A stretch of 37,450 nt of DNA from positions 1 through 37,450 of the forward strand of contig JAGYNX010000001.1 of the NCBI GenBank assembly GCA_018399855.1, written 5' to 3'. The position numbers and the translations under genes are program-made. Below the pieces are notes generated by a model. It saw only the letters and a list, made by a program, of their open reading frames with translations, made no database searches and had not been told where the DNA came from. Shown piece after piece: positions 24,248 to 32,110 of the stretch (its first letter is position 1; each line of letters starts with the position of its first letter). Source of the DNA: Spirochaetota bacterium. GTDB lineage: Bacteria; Spirochaetota; UBA4802; UB4802.

Positions 24248-24787
24248 TTACTTAACAACAAATGGCAGCAGTGCGATGGTACGAGACTGCTTGATAGCCG
24301 TAGCCAGCTGACGCTGATGCCGGGCACAAGTACCGGTGATTCTCCTCGGTAATATTTTGCCACGCTCGGTAATAAAACGCTCCAGGAGATCAGGATTCTT
24401 GTAATCAATTTTTATCTCCGGGTTCTCACAAAAACGGCATACCTTCTTTCTAAACCTGGTGAACCTCTGAGAAGGTCCACGTGAATCTCCACGCTGGCCC
24501 CTGTTCTGGCTGTCATCACGTCTTCTAGTATCAGGTGTCCTGGTTCTCGTTTCTGACTCCGGTTTCTCTTTACTTGTATCAGCTTCATCTGTACTGCTGA
24601 CAGCAGCGCTTGTATCTGCTGCTTCAGCGGGAGCTGCTGGTTCGTCACTCTCAGCGGGAGCTGCTGTTTCAGCATTTTCCGCAGGTGCTGCTTCTTTACT
24701 ATTTTCAGGAGTTTCCGGAGTTACTTCTTCGGTTTTCTCTTCAACGGTTTCCTGAATTTCTTCATTATTCTTTGTTTCTTCGCTCAT
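24248..24787 (-). CDS. rpsR: 30S ribosomal protein S18 with a ~106-aa N-terminal low-complexity extension
   Basis: The C-terminal 70 aa, [66 protein letters not shown], are collinear with S18. AAGGAG lies 7 nt upstream of the ATG at 24787. There is no in-frame ATG nearer the core. Confidence 0.85.
   Translation of the reverse strand: MSEETKNNEEIQETVEEKTEEVTPETPENSKEAAPAENAETAAPAESDEPAAPAEAADTSAAVSSTDEADTSKEKPESETRTRTPDTRRRDDSQNRGQRGDSRGPSQRFTRFRKKVCRFCENPEIKIDYKNPDLLERFITERGKILPRRITGTCARHQRQLATAIKQSRTIALLPFVVK
24625..24705 (-). repeat. Three decaying 27-nt tandem repeats inside the rpsR extension
   Basis: Plus-strand units start at 24625, 24652 and 24679: CAGCGGGAGCTGCTGG.., CAGCGGGAGCTGCTGT.., CCGCAGGTGCTGCTTC... 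They encode AAPAE-type nonapeptides. Confidence 0.8.
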
Positions 24788-24819
24788 CTATATACTCCTT
24801 GATTCTTCTTCAATTATCA

Positions 24820-25272
24820 TTAGAATGGGATGTCATCATCTGAGAATGGATTTGTCTCCATTTCAGGTGCATTATTGCTGCTATACCCGGAATCTGCGGG
24901 GGAACTATCACTTGAAGTTTCGTCTTCTCCTCCGCCCGAACGACCGCCAGACAGGAACTGAAAATTATCAACTACTACTTCAACAGTAGATCGTTTATTT
25001 CCATCCTTATCATCCCATGACCGTTGCTGCAGTCTGCCGTCAATCCCTATTCTCTGTCCCTTCTTGCAGTACTGAACAATGGTTTCAGCTGCCCGGGCCC
25101 ACACAACACAGTTAAAAAAGGATACCATCTCCTTCTTCTCACCGGAAACAGAGTATACCCTGTTATTTGCAATGGAAAACGTAGCCATCGCAGTTCCGTT
25201 TTGCGTATACCGCATTTCAGGATCCCTGGTAAGCCTTCCTATAAGTACAACCTTGTTTATATCACCAGCCAT
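24820..25272 (-). CDS. ssb: Single-stranded DNA-binding protein
   Basis: OB-fold N-terminus NKVVLIGRLTRDPEMRYT, a Gly/Ser-rich linker, and the acidic tip DDDIPF. Confidence 0.9.
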   Translation of the reverse strand: MAGDINKVVLIGRLTRDPEMRYTQNGTAMATFSIANNRVYSVSGEKKEMVSFFNCVVWARAAETIVQYCKKGQRIGIDGRLQQRSWDDKDGNKRSTVEVVVDNFQFLSGGRSGGGEDETSSDSSPADSGYSSNNAPEMETNPFSDDDIPF

Positions 25273-25293
25273 ATATATATCCCTTTATTTTTT

Positions 25294-25581
25294 CTACGCG
25301 CTCTTTTTTTGTGTTTTCACAAAAAGATGGCGCAAGATGCTGGCATTTAACCTGAAACTACTAATGATAGACTGGATGGATTCAGGGGCTGCTTCTATAA
25401 TCATGAAGTCATAGTAGCCCTCATTTTGCCGTTTTATGGGATAGGCAAGGGCTCGCACACCCCAGGGGTCTTCTGATACAATGGTAACCTTGTTCTTTTC
25501 AAGTATTTCCCGAACTTTTTCCCTGGCACCATCGTTCGCGTCTGAAGGTCGCAGTATTACTGTCAACTCATACGTATTCAT
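25294..25581 (-). CDS. rpsF: 30S ribosomal protein S6
   Basis: MNTYELTVILRP... is a typical S6 N-terminus. GGGAGGA RBS. First gene of rpsF-ssb-rpsR. Confidence 0.9.
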   Translation of the reverse strand: MNTYELTVILRPSDANDGAREKVREILEKNKVTIVSEDPWGVRALAYPIKRQNEGYYDFMIIEAAPESIQSIISSFRLNASILRHLFVKTQKKSA

Positions 25582-25665
25582 CTATGTTCCTCCCTGTGGA
25601 ATAATGCTGCCATACTGCTATTATCAGCGCATGGCAGAAAGGATTTCCAATACATACAAATAGTC

Positions 25666-25693
25666 ATATTAATGCAACTATTATTTTTTTCAA
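25666..25693 (-). promoter_or_regulatory. Putative sigma70-type promoter of the rpsF operon
   Basis: On the minus strand: TTGAAA (25693-25688), a 16-nt spacer, then TAATAT (25671-25666). Leaves a leader of roughly 75 nt. Confidence 0.4.
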
Positions 25694-25787
25694 ATTTTTA
25701 TTACTACTATTCATAATGAAACAATTTGACAAAATACTATATTTGTAACAGTCTAGTTTTTCAAAATAATAAAAACTGAAGGCTTTA

Positions 25788-26426
25788 ATGAAAAAGATCA
25801 ATTCTACCAGGGAAATAAAAGAAAATACTCTTATTCGTGTGTACAAGAAAGGATTTGGGTATTCATTACTCACCACTGTTGAGAATACAGAGTTCATACT
25901 AATCTGCAGATGCGACCGATTATTTGCCGATGTAATACAGAAAGGGGACACCCTGGAATGCTATCTCTGGTTACACCAGGTTTCATCTTATGAATTTACC
26001 ACCAGTGTAGTCGGCACCATGGTGAACGATATTCCCCTTGTCATATTATCACATACCGATAATGTGATCAGGAACCCTGAACGCCGATGTCTGAAGGCAG
26101 AGGTTGATATCCCGTTAACTTTTTTTACCTTTTCTGTTGAAGATTCCGAGAAAAACTTTTACACCGAAGAAACAACCCTGACTAATGGAACTATCAGGGA
26201 ACTGAGCGATCGCAAAGCAATTATTACATGCGATTTTGATCCCGCTCAGGACTACATGCTGAAAGGACATATGATACTTGATGAAACACGTATAGATATT
26301 ATTTGCAAAATTGAATCTGTTCAAAGAGATAACAATACTACAAAATTGATTGTTTCATTTGTTGGATTAAACGATGATGAACGTAACCTGATAATGAATT
26401 ACGTGTTCAGTACCTACAGGGAATAA
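25788..26426 (+). CDS. PilZ-domain protein with YcgR-like two-domain layout and degenerate c-di-GMP motifs
   Basis: ERRCLKAEVDIPL stands in place of RRxxxR, and IRELSDRKAII in place of (D/N)xSxxG. The C-terminal helix ERNLIMNYVF is PilZ-like. Confidence 0.45.
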   Translation: MKKINSTREIKENTLIRVYKKGFGYSLLTTVENTEFILICRCDRLFADVIQKGDTLECYLWLHQVSSYEFTTSVVGTMVNDIPLVILSHTDNVIRNPERRCLKAEVDIPLTFFTFSVEDSEKNFYTEETTLTNGTIRELSDRKAIITCDFDPAQDYMLKGHMILDETRIDIICKIESVQRDNNTTKLIVSFVGLNDDERNLIMNYVFSTYRE

Positions 26427-26428
26427 CG

Positions 26429-26899
26429 TTATTGCACCACAAGAGCTCCATCTTCAAGAAGCACATCAAAAATGAAGGCATCCATTTTGGAGTTAATGGG
26501 AGTTTCAATTACGAATTGCCCGGTAAATTCAAAAATATCCCCCTTTTGCAATACTTCTCCAAAATCTTTTTCATTTGTATATATATAGAAACGAACGTTA
26601 ATTATTTCAGACTCATTGTCAATCACCACGATTCTATACTTTCGGCGATACCGTGTATCCTGCTCAAATGATTCAACGAAACCCCTTGCGAGTATAACCT
26701 TGTCACGCATTGCTTCCAGCCGAAACTGCCGCGCAACCGGGTTCATGTTTGCCAGTTCAGAAAAAAAACTCTTATCAAGTTCCACATCGACTTTTGATTT
26801 TGAGTATACCATCCCTGCGCTTGCGGACAAGAATAGTATCAATATCATTATAAATACTGTTATACTTTTTTGATGTAATCGAATTATTTTCCAGAACAC
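26429..26899 (-). CDS. Hypothetical membrane-anchored or secreted protein, 156 aa
   Basis: N-terminal hydrophobic segment ITVFIMILILFLSASAGMVYS. Co-directional with and 48 nt downstream of htrA. No family recognised. Confidence 0.55.
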   Translation of the reverse strand: MFWKIIRLHQKSITVFIMILILFLSASAGMVYSKSKVDVELDKSFFSELANMNPVARQFRLEAMRDKVILARGFVESFEQDTRYRRKYRIVVIDNESEIINVRFYIYTNEKDFGEVLQKGDIFEFTGQFVIETPINSKMDAFIFDVLLEDGALVVQ

Positions 26900-26947
26900 G
26901 AATTTTCACTTCCAATTCATTATATATATTGTATACGGGAAAGCAGC

Positions 26948-28261
26948 TTATTCAATTTCGATGGCAACTTCCCGCTTATTTCTTAGAACACTTATCTCTC
27001 GTATTCGATGATGGCTTTTTTTATAGATTCGTATGACTTCATCAAGTGAACGAACCCTTTTCCCATTCATACTGATAATTACATCTCCCCGATGCAACCC
27101 CGCCTGATATCCCGGTCCCATAGGAGAGAGGTACGAGACTACTACATCACCACTTGCGGCGTTTTCATCAAATTCAATACCATAACGGCTCAATATATAT
27201 TGTAACACACGCTGCATCGCCTGGTAACGTTCTTTTTCCTGAAGCAGCATCCTGAAACGGTACAGCTTACCGTTACGCCCAACAACTATATCAACTGTAG
27301 ACCCGATTGGCTTGCTGCTAATTAACTTTACCACTTCCCCCAGTGAATTAACCTGCTGGCCATCAACTTCACGTATAATATCATTTTTTTTTATTCCTGC
27401 CCTGTCGGCAGGTGAATTTTTTATAACTGATATAACCTGGACCTGGTATTTTTCATCATTACTGGATCTTTTTTCCTGGCGCACAAGGAAACCAAGCCAT
27501 CCCCTTCTTACCCTTCCGTATTTAACCAGCTCAGTACACACTGCTTTCACAGTATTTGAAGGAATGGCAAAGCTAATTCCCTGGTATCCCCCCGTAATTG
27601 TACGTATGGCCGTGTTTATACCCACAAGCCTGCCCTCGAGGTTTATCAATGGACCACCTGAATTTCCCGGATTAATGGCCACATCTGTTTGTATGAAGTC
27701 TTCTATATCGGCAAATCCAATATCATTTCTTCCCTTGGAGGATACGATGCCGCTGCTGACTGATTGATGAAGACCATATGGATTTCCAATAGCCAGCACC
27801 CATTCTCCTTCCTTCAGTTCATGCGAATCCCCAAAATCAACCGATATAATCCCGTATTCTCCAGGTATAGCGATTCTCATAAGTGCGATATCAGTCTTCG
27901 CATCAAACAGGTATTTTTTTTCCCTGATGGGGATCAGCTCACACTCCGTACCATCATAAAGGGTAATTCTGTAATAATCACCTTTGCTGACAACATGATA
28001 ATTGGTCACCACGTACCCGGTGGATGATATAATTGTTCCGGATGCGTATCCTGCCCTTTTGTACGAGTTTTTTTGCGCATCCTTTTTTGAACGGTATATA
28101 CTGATATTTACAACAGATTTTTTAGCAGTTTGTGCTGCCCTGACAAACATGTTATTATAATCATGCAAAGTTGCGGCAGCTGTTTTCTGCTCCATGCAGC
28201 AGCAACAGATAGAGATGCACACAATCCAGTATAATAATGTTGTATATTTAATTCGTTTCAT
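26948..28261 (-). CDS. htrA: HtrA/DegP-family periplasmic serine protease with PDZ domains
   Basis: Catalytic triad contexts VVTNYHVV, KTDIALMRI and GNSGGPLINLEGRLVGINTAI. The C-terminal half contains two PDZ-like segments. ATGA overlap with the upstream gene. Confidence 0.85.
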   Translation of the reverse strand: MKRIKYTTLLYWIVCISICCCCMEQKTAAATLHDYNNMFVRAAQTAKKSVVNISIYRSKKDAQKNSYKRAGYASGTIISSTGYVVTNYHVVSKGDYYRITLYDGTECELIPIREKKYLFDAKTDIALMRIAIPGEYGIISVDFGDSHELKEGEWVLAIGNPYGLHQSVSSGIVSSKGRNDIGFADIEDFIQTDVAINPGNSGGPLINLEGRLVGINTAIRTITGGYQGISFAIPSNTVKAVCTELVKYGRVRRGWLGFLVRQEKRSSNDEKYQVQVISVIKNSPADRAGIKKNDIIREVDGQQVNSLGEVVKLISSKPIGSTVDIVVGRNGKLYRFRMLLQEKERYQAMQRVLQYILSRYGIEFDENAASGDVVVSYLSPMGPGYQAGLHRGDVIISMNGKRVRSLDEVIRIYKKSHHRIREISVLRNKREVAIEIE

Positions 28262-29628
28262 TTCGCTGTAACTGATTCAAAATAGTCAATTTCATTTGTT
28301 ATCCTGTACTTTTCAAGGTCAATCTTTTTTCCACTGGGAACATGCTTCACTCTTCCCTCACGTGGTTTAACCCCTGTAAAAAGAGAATATATTCCAACCG
28401 CAATGCCTTCGGCAATTTCATCAGTTCTTGATCTCAACAGGTACCGTGTGTGAGACCTGTTGAGATATCCAATTTCCAGAAAAGCGGTAATGGCATTTAC
28501 ATGCAGTGGCAGTGACCATATAGAAATATACGGTGGGGCAACCCTGTGATCCTGATGTCGAACACCCCGCTTTTCCAGTGAATACAGAATATACCGTATC
28601 AGTTCATTGGACGCGTAGAGGTTGTCACCTCCATACCCTTCGGGACCGTTTCCACGCCTGTAAGCCTCATATTTCGATTTTTCCCGCTCCCAGAATTCAC
28701 CTTCAGGTTTGAACCCTTTATAAGTATCGGCATACCTTGTGTTGTGCTTATGAAACTTTGCCGCCAGGGCCCATCCCGGACCATCTGCATAATTCCATTC
28801 AACCATGTTATACCTGTAGCCCCTGAAAGCCCTGGTATCAATCATCCCTGACGGTTTTGTTCGAAATCCCGTGAAATACATTGATACATCATTCTTGAAC
28901 CAGGAAAATCCTGATCGTCTCACAGATTCGACGAACCAGTCCCTGTATGGCTGGTTATAATAAAAAGACCGTGATCTTCGTTCACCCTTCAGGTATTCAA
29001 GGCCCTTGTGCATGAACTCGTAGGGAGGTACAATCACCGCATTCAATCCACGATAATACCGGGGTGCCCAACCGGCAAGATGCAATGCAACCACCAGGTG
29101 AGGTCTGAACCTGTTAATACGGGTTATCCTTCCCGGACGCATGTTGCCGTTATCGTCGGGATAATCAAATAGTCTGAATTCCGCATTGGGGTCCTTTCTG
29201 TTCTTAATTGCATCCCTGTCACGGGAATCACCCCTGCTCAGCATATGGCTAATATATACACGTGCCGGTTCTTCATCAGTGTATTTCTTTAATATACGAT
29301 AGAACTTCCCGAAGTCACCACCGGGTGCACAACAGGCGAGGAGTTCGTCGACCTTGCTCGCCACGTTATACATGTGTTCATGTTCATGGTAGCCCCTTAA
29401 TGACGCACCCTCCCTGAAAATGTCCAGGTATGTTCCCGACAGCAGATCAAACCTGTCTCCGTGTTTTTCCCTGGGATACAGAGCAGCACCACCGTGACCT
29501 GGATCAACAACTACCCTGTAGAGGTTAAATTCATATTGAACTGTTTTTTGAGGGATAAAGAGCACAAGCAGAATGAAACAAGAAAGGAATACTACCACGT
29601 ACCCGTCAGGCCTGTAAATCCGCATCAT
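28258..29628 (-). CDS. Divergent N-acetylmuramoyl-L-alanine amidase (Amidase_3-like) with a large internal insertion
   Basis: VVVDPGHGGA, LVVALHLAG and AFLEIGYLN...IAEGIAVGIYSLF match the Amidase_3 zinc and catalytic blocks. The spacing between the last two blocks is about 200 aa, where I would expect roughly 50-70. N-terminal TM anchor. AGGAAGGA RBS. Confidence 0.6.
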   Translation of the reverse strand: MMRIYRPDGYVVVFLSCFILLVLFIPQKTVQYEFNLYRVVVDPGHGGAALYPREKHGDRFDLLSGTYLDIFREGASLRGYHEHEHMYNVASKVDELLACCAPGGDFGKFYRILKKYTDEEPARVYISHMLSRGDSRDRDAIKNRKDPNAEFRLFDYPDDNGNMRPGRITRINRFRPHLVVALHLAGWAPRYYRGLNAVIVPPYEFMHKGLEYLKGERRSRSFYYNQPYRDWFVESVRRSGFSWFKNDVSMYFTGFRTKPSGMIDTRAFRGYRYNMVEWNYADGPGWALAAKFHKHNTRYADTYKGFKPEGEFWEREKSKYEAYRRGNGPEGYGGDNLYASNELIRYILYSLEKRGVRHQDHRVAPPYISIWSLPLHVNAITAFLEIGYLNRSHTRYLLRSRTDEIAEGIAVGIYSLFTGVKPREGRVKHVPSGKKIDLEKYRITNEIDYFESVTAK

Positions 29629-29656
29629 TCAATGGTTCCTTCCTGGAAAAATTCAT

Positions 29657-29686
29657 AAAAAAGGGGGAATGGATGTTCCCCCTTTT
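29657..29686 (-). terminator. Rho-independent terminator after the 29715..30452 gene
   Basis: An 11-bp stem AAAAGGGGGAA/TTCCCCCTTTT with a 6-nt loop. On the minus strand it is followed by a T-rich tract. Confidence 0.6.
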
Positions 29687-29714
29687 GATAAAGAATATAA
29701 CTATCTGTTGTGTA

Positions 29715-30452
29715 CTACTGTGCTGATTCTTCTGATTTGGGATTAAGTATCCTGTTCAGGTTGTCAGCTTTATGTACATCGTATTTTCCCTTTGCTTCTT
29801 CGGGATTCAACTGCTCCAGTATCTTTATAGCATATGTCTTGGATACCCTGTAATGAAGCACCGCAGTCTGATTCCTTTGTTCTCGAACCGCCCTTTCTGC
29901 ATCATCATACTGTCCATAGGCAATTCTTAATCTTGACATGTTCCTGTTAAGCACATTGCTTCTATCAGGATTTGATCGGGCCCTTTCGTCAAGTGAAAGG
30001 TTAAGAATCATATTCGCACACTGGTTCAACATACCCTGTGTTTGCTCTTTGTACTTTTCAGCAACTTTTTTGTACATCTCGCCGATATTTTTCTTGTTAT
30101 CTTCCAGTTCGACCCTGGCATAAATAATATCACGTTTATAATAATAATCCATACCCTTCTTGTATCCCTCATAGACACTTTCGTATCCTTCATTCCATCC
30201 CTGGTCACCGAAATTGGACACAATAACTTTCAGCATGTAGATCTGCTCAAGATTGGATCGCATCAAATCATATACCCGGTCCAGCGCGTGAAACCTGGCC
30301 AGATAATTCTCTTCGGGACGTTCAGCCGGAGAATACTTTTTTTTGTCATCTTTTTTCTCTGCAGCTTCCTGTGCTAACGTATTTACCGAAAAAGAAACTG
30401 CAAGAACCATGATCATCAAAAAGATGGTAATAGCGCTATGTTTGCCTTTCAT
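29715..30452 (-). CDS. Secreted helical/charged protein of unknown function, 245 aa
   Basis: Track ORF trimmed to the ATG at 30452, preceded by AAGGAG. Signal peptide MKGKHSAITIFLMIMVLAVSFSVNTLA/QE. The mature part is Lys/Glu/Tyr-rich and predicted helical. Confidence 0.7.
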   Translation of the reverse strand: MKGKHSAITIFLMIMVLAVSFSVNTLAQEAAEKKDDKKKYSPAERPEENYLARFHALDRVYDLMRSNLEQIYMLKVIVSNFGDQGWNEGYESVYEGYKKGMDYYYKRDIIYARVELEDNKKNIGEMYKKVAEKYKEQTQGMLNQCANMILNLSLDERARSNPDRSNVLNRNMSRLRIAYGQYDDAERAVREQRNQTAVLHYRVSKTYAIKILEQLNPEEAKGKYDVHKADNLNRILNPKSEESAQ

Positions 30453-30528
30453 ACTCAACACTCCTTTAATAATTTTCCGGAAAAATAAATATACGCATCC
30501 CTGCCTATATTCTAATAAGTTCTGAAAA

Positions 30529-30557
30529 ATCTTACTGCATATAAGTAATATTAGCAA
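30529..30557 (-). promoter_or_regulatory. Putative promoter for the 29715..30452 gene
   Basis: On the minus strand: TTGCTA (30557-30552), a 17-nt spacer, then TAAGAT (30534-30529). An A-tract block immediately upstream (30560-30588) could act as an UP element. Confidence 0.3.
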
Positions 30558-30565
30558 CATTTTTT

Positions 30566-31924
30566 TTATTTTTTTATTTTTTTATTATCCCTGTACAGCA
30601 TTATACGAACATCCATAACGTTGGTATTGGTTGGTCCCGTTTTCACAAGGTCATCCAGAGTTTCGAAATAATGATAAGAATCATTGCGCTCCATGCAATC
30701 TGTTATGGAAAGGTCTTTCCCTACCCCACGTTGTACTGTTGTTTCATCTGCAATTGCTCCCGCGGCATCTGTTGGTCCATCGGTTCCGTCGGTACCCACG
30801 CTGGCTACAATAACACCTTCAAGGTTATGAATTCGTGCTGCCATCTGTAACGCGAATTCCATATTACGGCCTCCCAGTCCTTCACCGGTCACTTTCACCG
30901 TCGTTTCACCACCACTGATTATACATGCAGGTGGCCCGACCGGATGTGAAGAAAACACACTCTCCCTTAGGATGGCAGCATGCCATGCGGCGGCATCGGT
31001 TGTATCTCCTTCTATCATGGATGAAAGTATAACCGTGTTATACCCCAGTGCGCTTGCCTCATTCTCTGCTGCCACCAGGGCGATAATATTGGACGCGGCT
31101 ATCATGTTGGTCACACGGGTAAACACCATGTCATCTTTTTTCGGAGTTTCGGGAATCTTTTCTCCCGCGCCGCTTTCCAGGTGCTCTTTCACATTCACGG
31201 GAATTTCATCACGAAGAGAATAGGCATCAAGTATACCCAATGCATCTTCATAAGTAGAACTGTCCGGAACAAAGGGTCCGGATGCGATCACGTCCATATT
31301 ATCACCTACCACGTCAGATATCATAAGGTTAAGAACTGTTGCCGGGTATGCAGCCCGTGCCAGGTTGCCGCCTTTTACCGCGGAGATATGCTTTCGCACC
31401 GCGTTCATTTCGTGAATGGACGCGCCGCTTTTCAAGAGAAGACTAGTTACCTTCTGTTTTTCTTCCAGCGAGATATTTCCCGCGGGGAGGGCAAGCAGCG
31501 CGGAGCCTCCCCCGGAGATAAGTGATATGACCAGTGTATTCTCATCGGCTTCTTCAAGCATTGAACGGATTTTCATGGCTCCTTCCACCCCGTTTTCATC
31601 AGGCACCGGGTGGGCAGCTTCCATCATGATAACCTTTGCAAGGCTGTCGGTATACCCGTACTTAACAACAACAGCCCCTTCTGTTACCCGGTTTCCCAGT
31701 ATGTCCTCAACCGCGCGGGCCATGGGAGCGGTGGCCTTGCCTGCGCCAACCACCAGTATGCGGTTATAGTCAGGGAGGTTGAAGGTGACAGCATTCCCGT
31801 CCCCCCCCTTCGCCGTGAGTGTGTTTTTGTTCAGTGTTAGATGCCGGTGTATGGCTTCTTGCGGATTTACGGCGGTAATTGCCGCCCGGTATATTCGTTC
31901 AATGTCTTCCCGCATCGAATTCAT
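30566..31924 (-). CDS. Glycerate 2-kinase / hydroxypyruvate reductase-type protein (DUF4147 + MOFRL)
   Basis: N-terminus IYRAAITAVNPQEAI, VVGAGKATAPMARAVE, and the C-terminal MOFRL-like GGETTVKVTG..GGRNMEF and GTDGTDGPTDAAGA. Confidence 0.8.
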   Translation of the reverse strand: MNSMREDIERIYRAAITAVNPQEAIHRHLTLNKNTLTAKGGDGNAVTFNLPDYNRILVVGAGKATAPMARAVEDILGNRVTEGAVVVKYGYTDSLAKVIMMEAAHPVPDENGVEGAMKIRSMLEEADENTLVISLISGGGSALLALPAGNISLEEKQKVTSLLLKSGASIHEMNAVRKHISAVKGGNLARAAYPATVLNLMISDVVGDNMDVIASGPFVPDSSTYEDALGILDAYSLRDEIPVNVKEHLESGAGEKIPETPKKDDMVFTRVTNMIAASNIIALVAAENEASALGYNTVILSSMIEGDTTDAAAWHAAILRESVFSSHPVGPPACIISGGETTVKVTGEGLGGRNMEFALQMAARIHNLEGVIVASVGTDGTDGPTDAAGAIADETTVQRGVGKDLSITDCMERNDSYHYFETLDDLVKTGPTNTNVMDVRIMLYRDNKKIKK

Positions 31925-32004
31925 TTTTCTTCCCCCATCATGTAACTGGATTCACCGCAGACAGGTGACTCTCATTCTATAAGTACTATCACCACTTTGT
32001 TGAA

Positions 32005-32032
32005 TTGAAAAGAATATTTTTCTTGATATAAT
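32005..32032 (+). promoter_or_regulatory. Putative extended -10 sigma70 promoter of cstA
   Basis: TTGAAA (32005-32010), a 16-nt spacer ending in TGa, then TATAAT (32027-32032). Confidence 0.5.
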
Positions 32033-32110
32033 GATTGATCCTGTAATACTGCGGGTAGTAAAAAACATGGAAAACATGAATCAGAACCAGCATTGTTGGG
32101 GGAGGCTTAT

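Noticed and set aside
24625-24705. CRISPR-like or minisatellite array
   Set aside because: There are only three directly abutting 27-nt units with no spacers, in frame within rpsR. This is a coding tandem repeat, not a CRISPR array.
25664-25951. 95-aa minus-strand ORF in the rpsF / PilZ-gene intergenic region
   Set aside because: It is an AT-rich, low-complexity translation with no RBS. It overlaps the start of the PilZ-domain gene on the other strand and the putative rpsF promoter, so it is most likely a shadow ORF.
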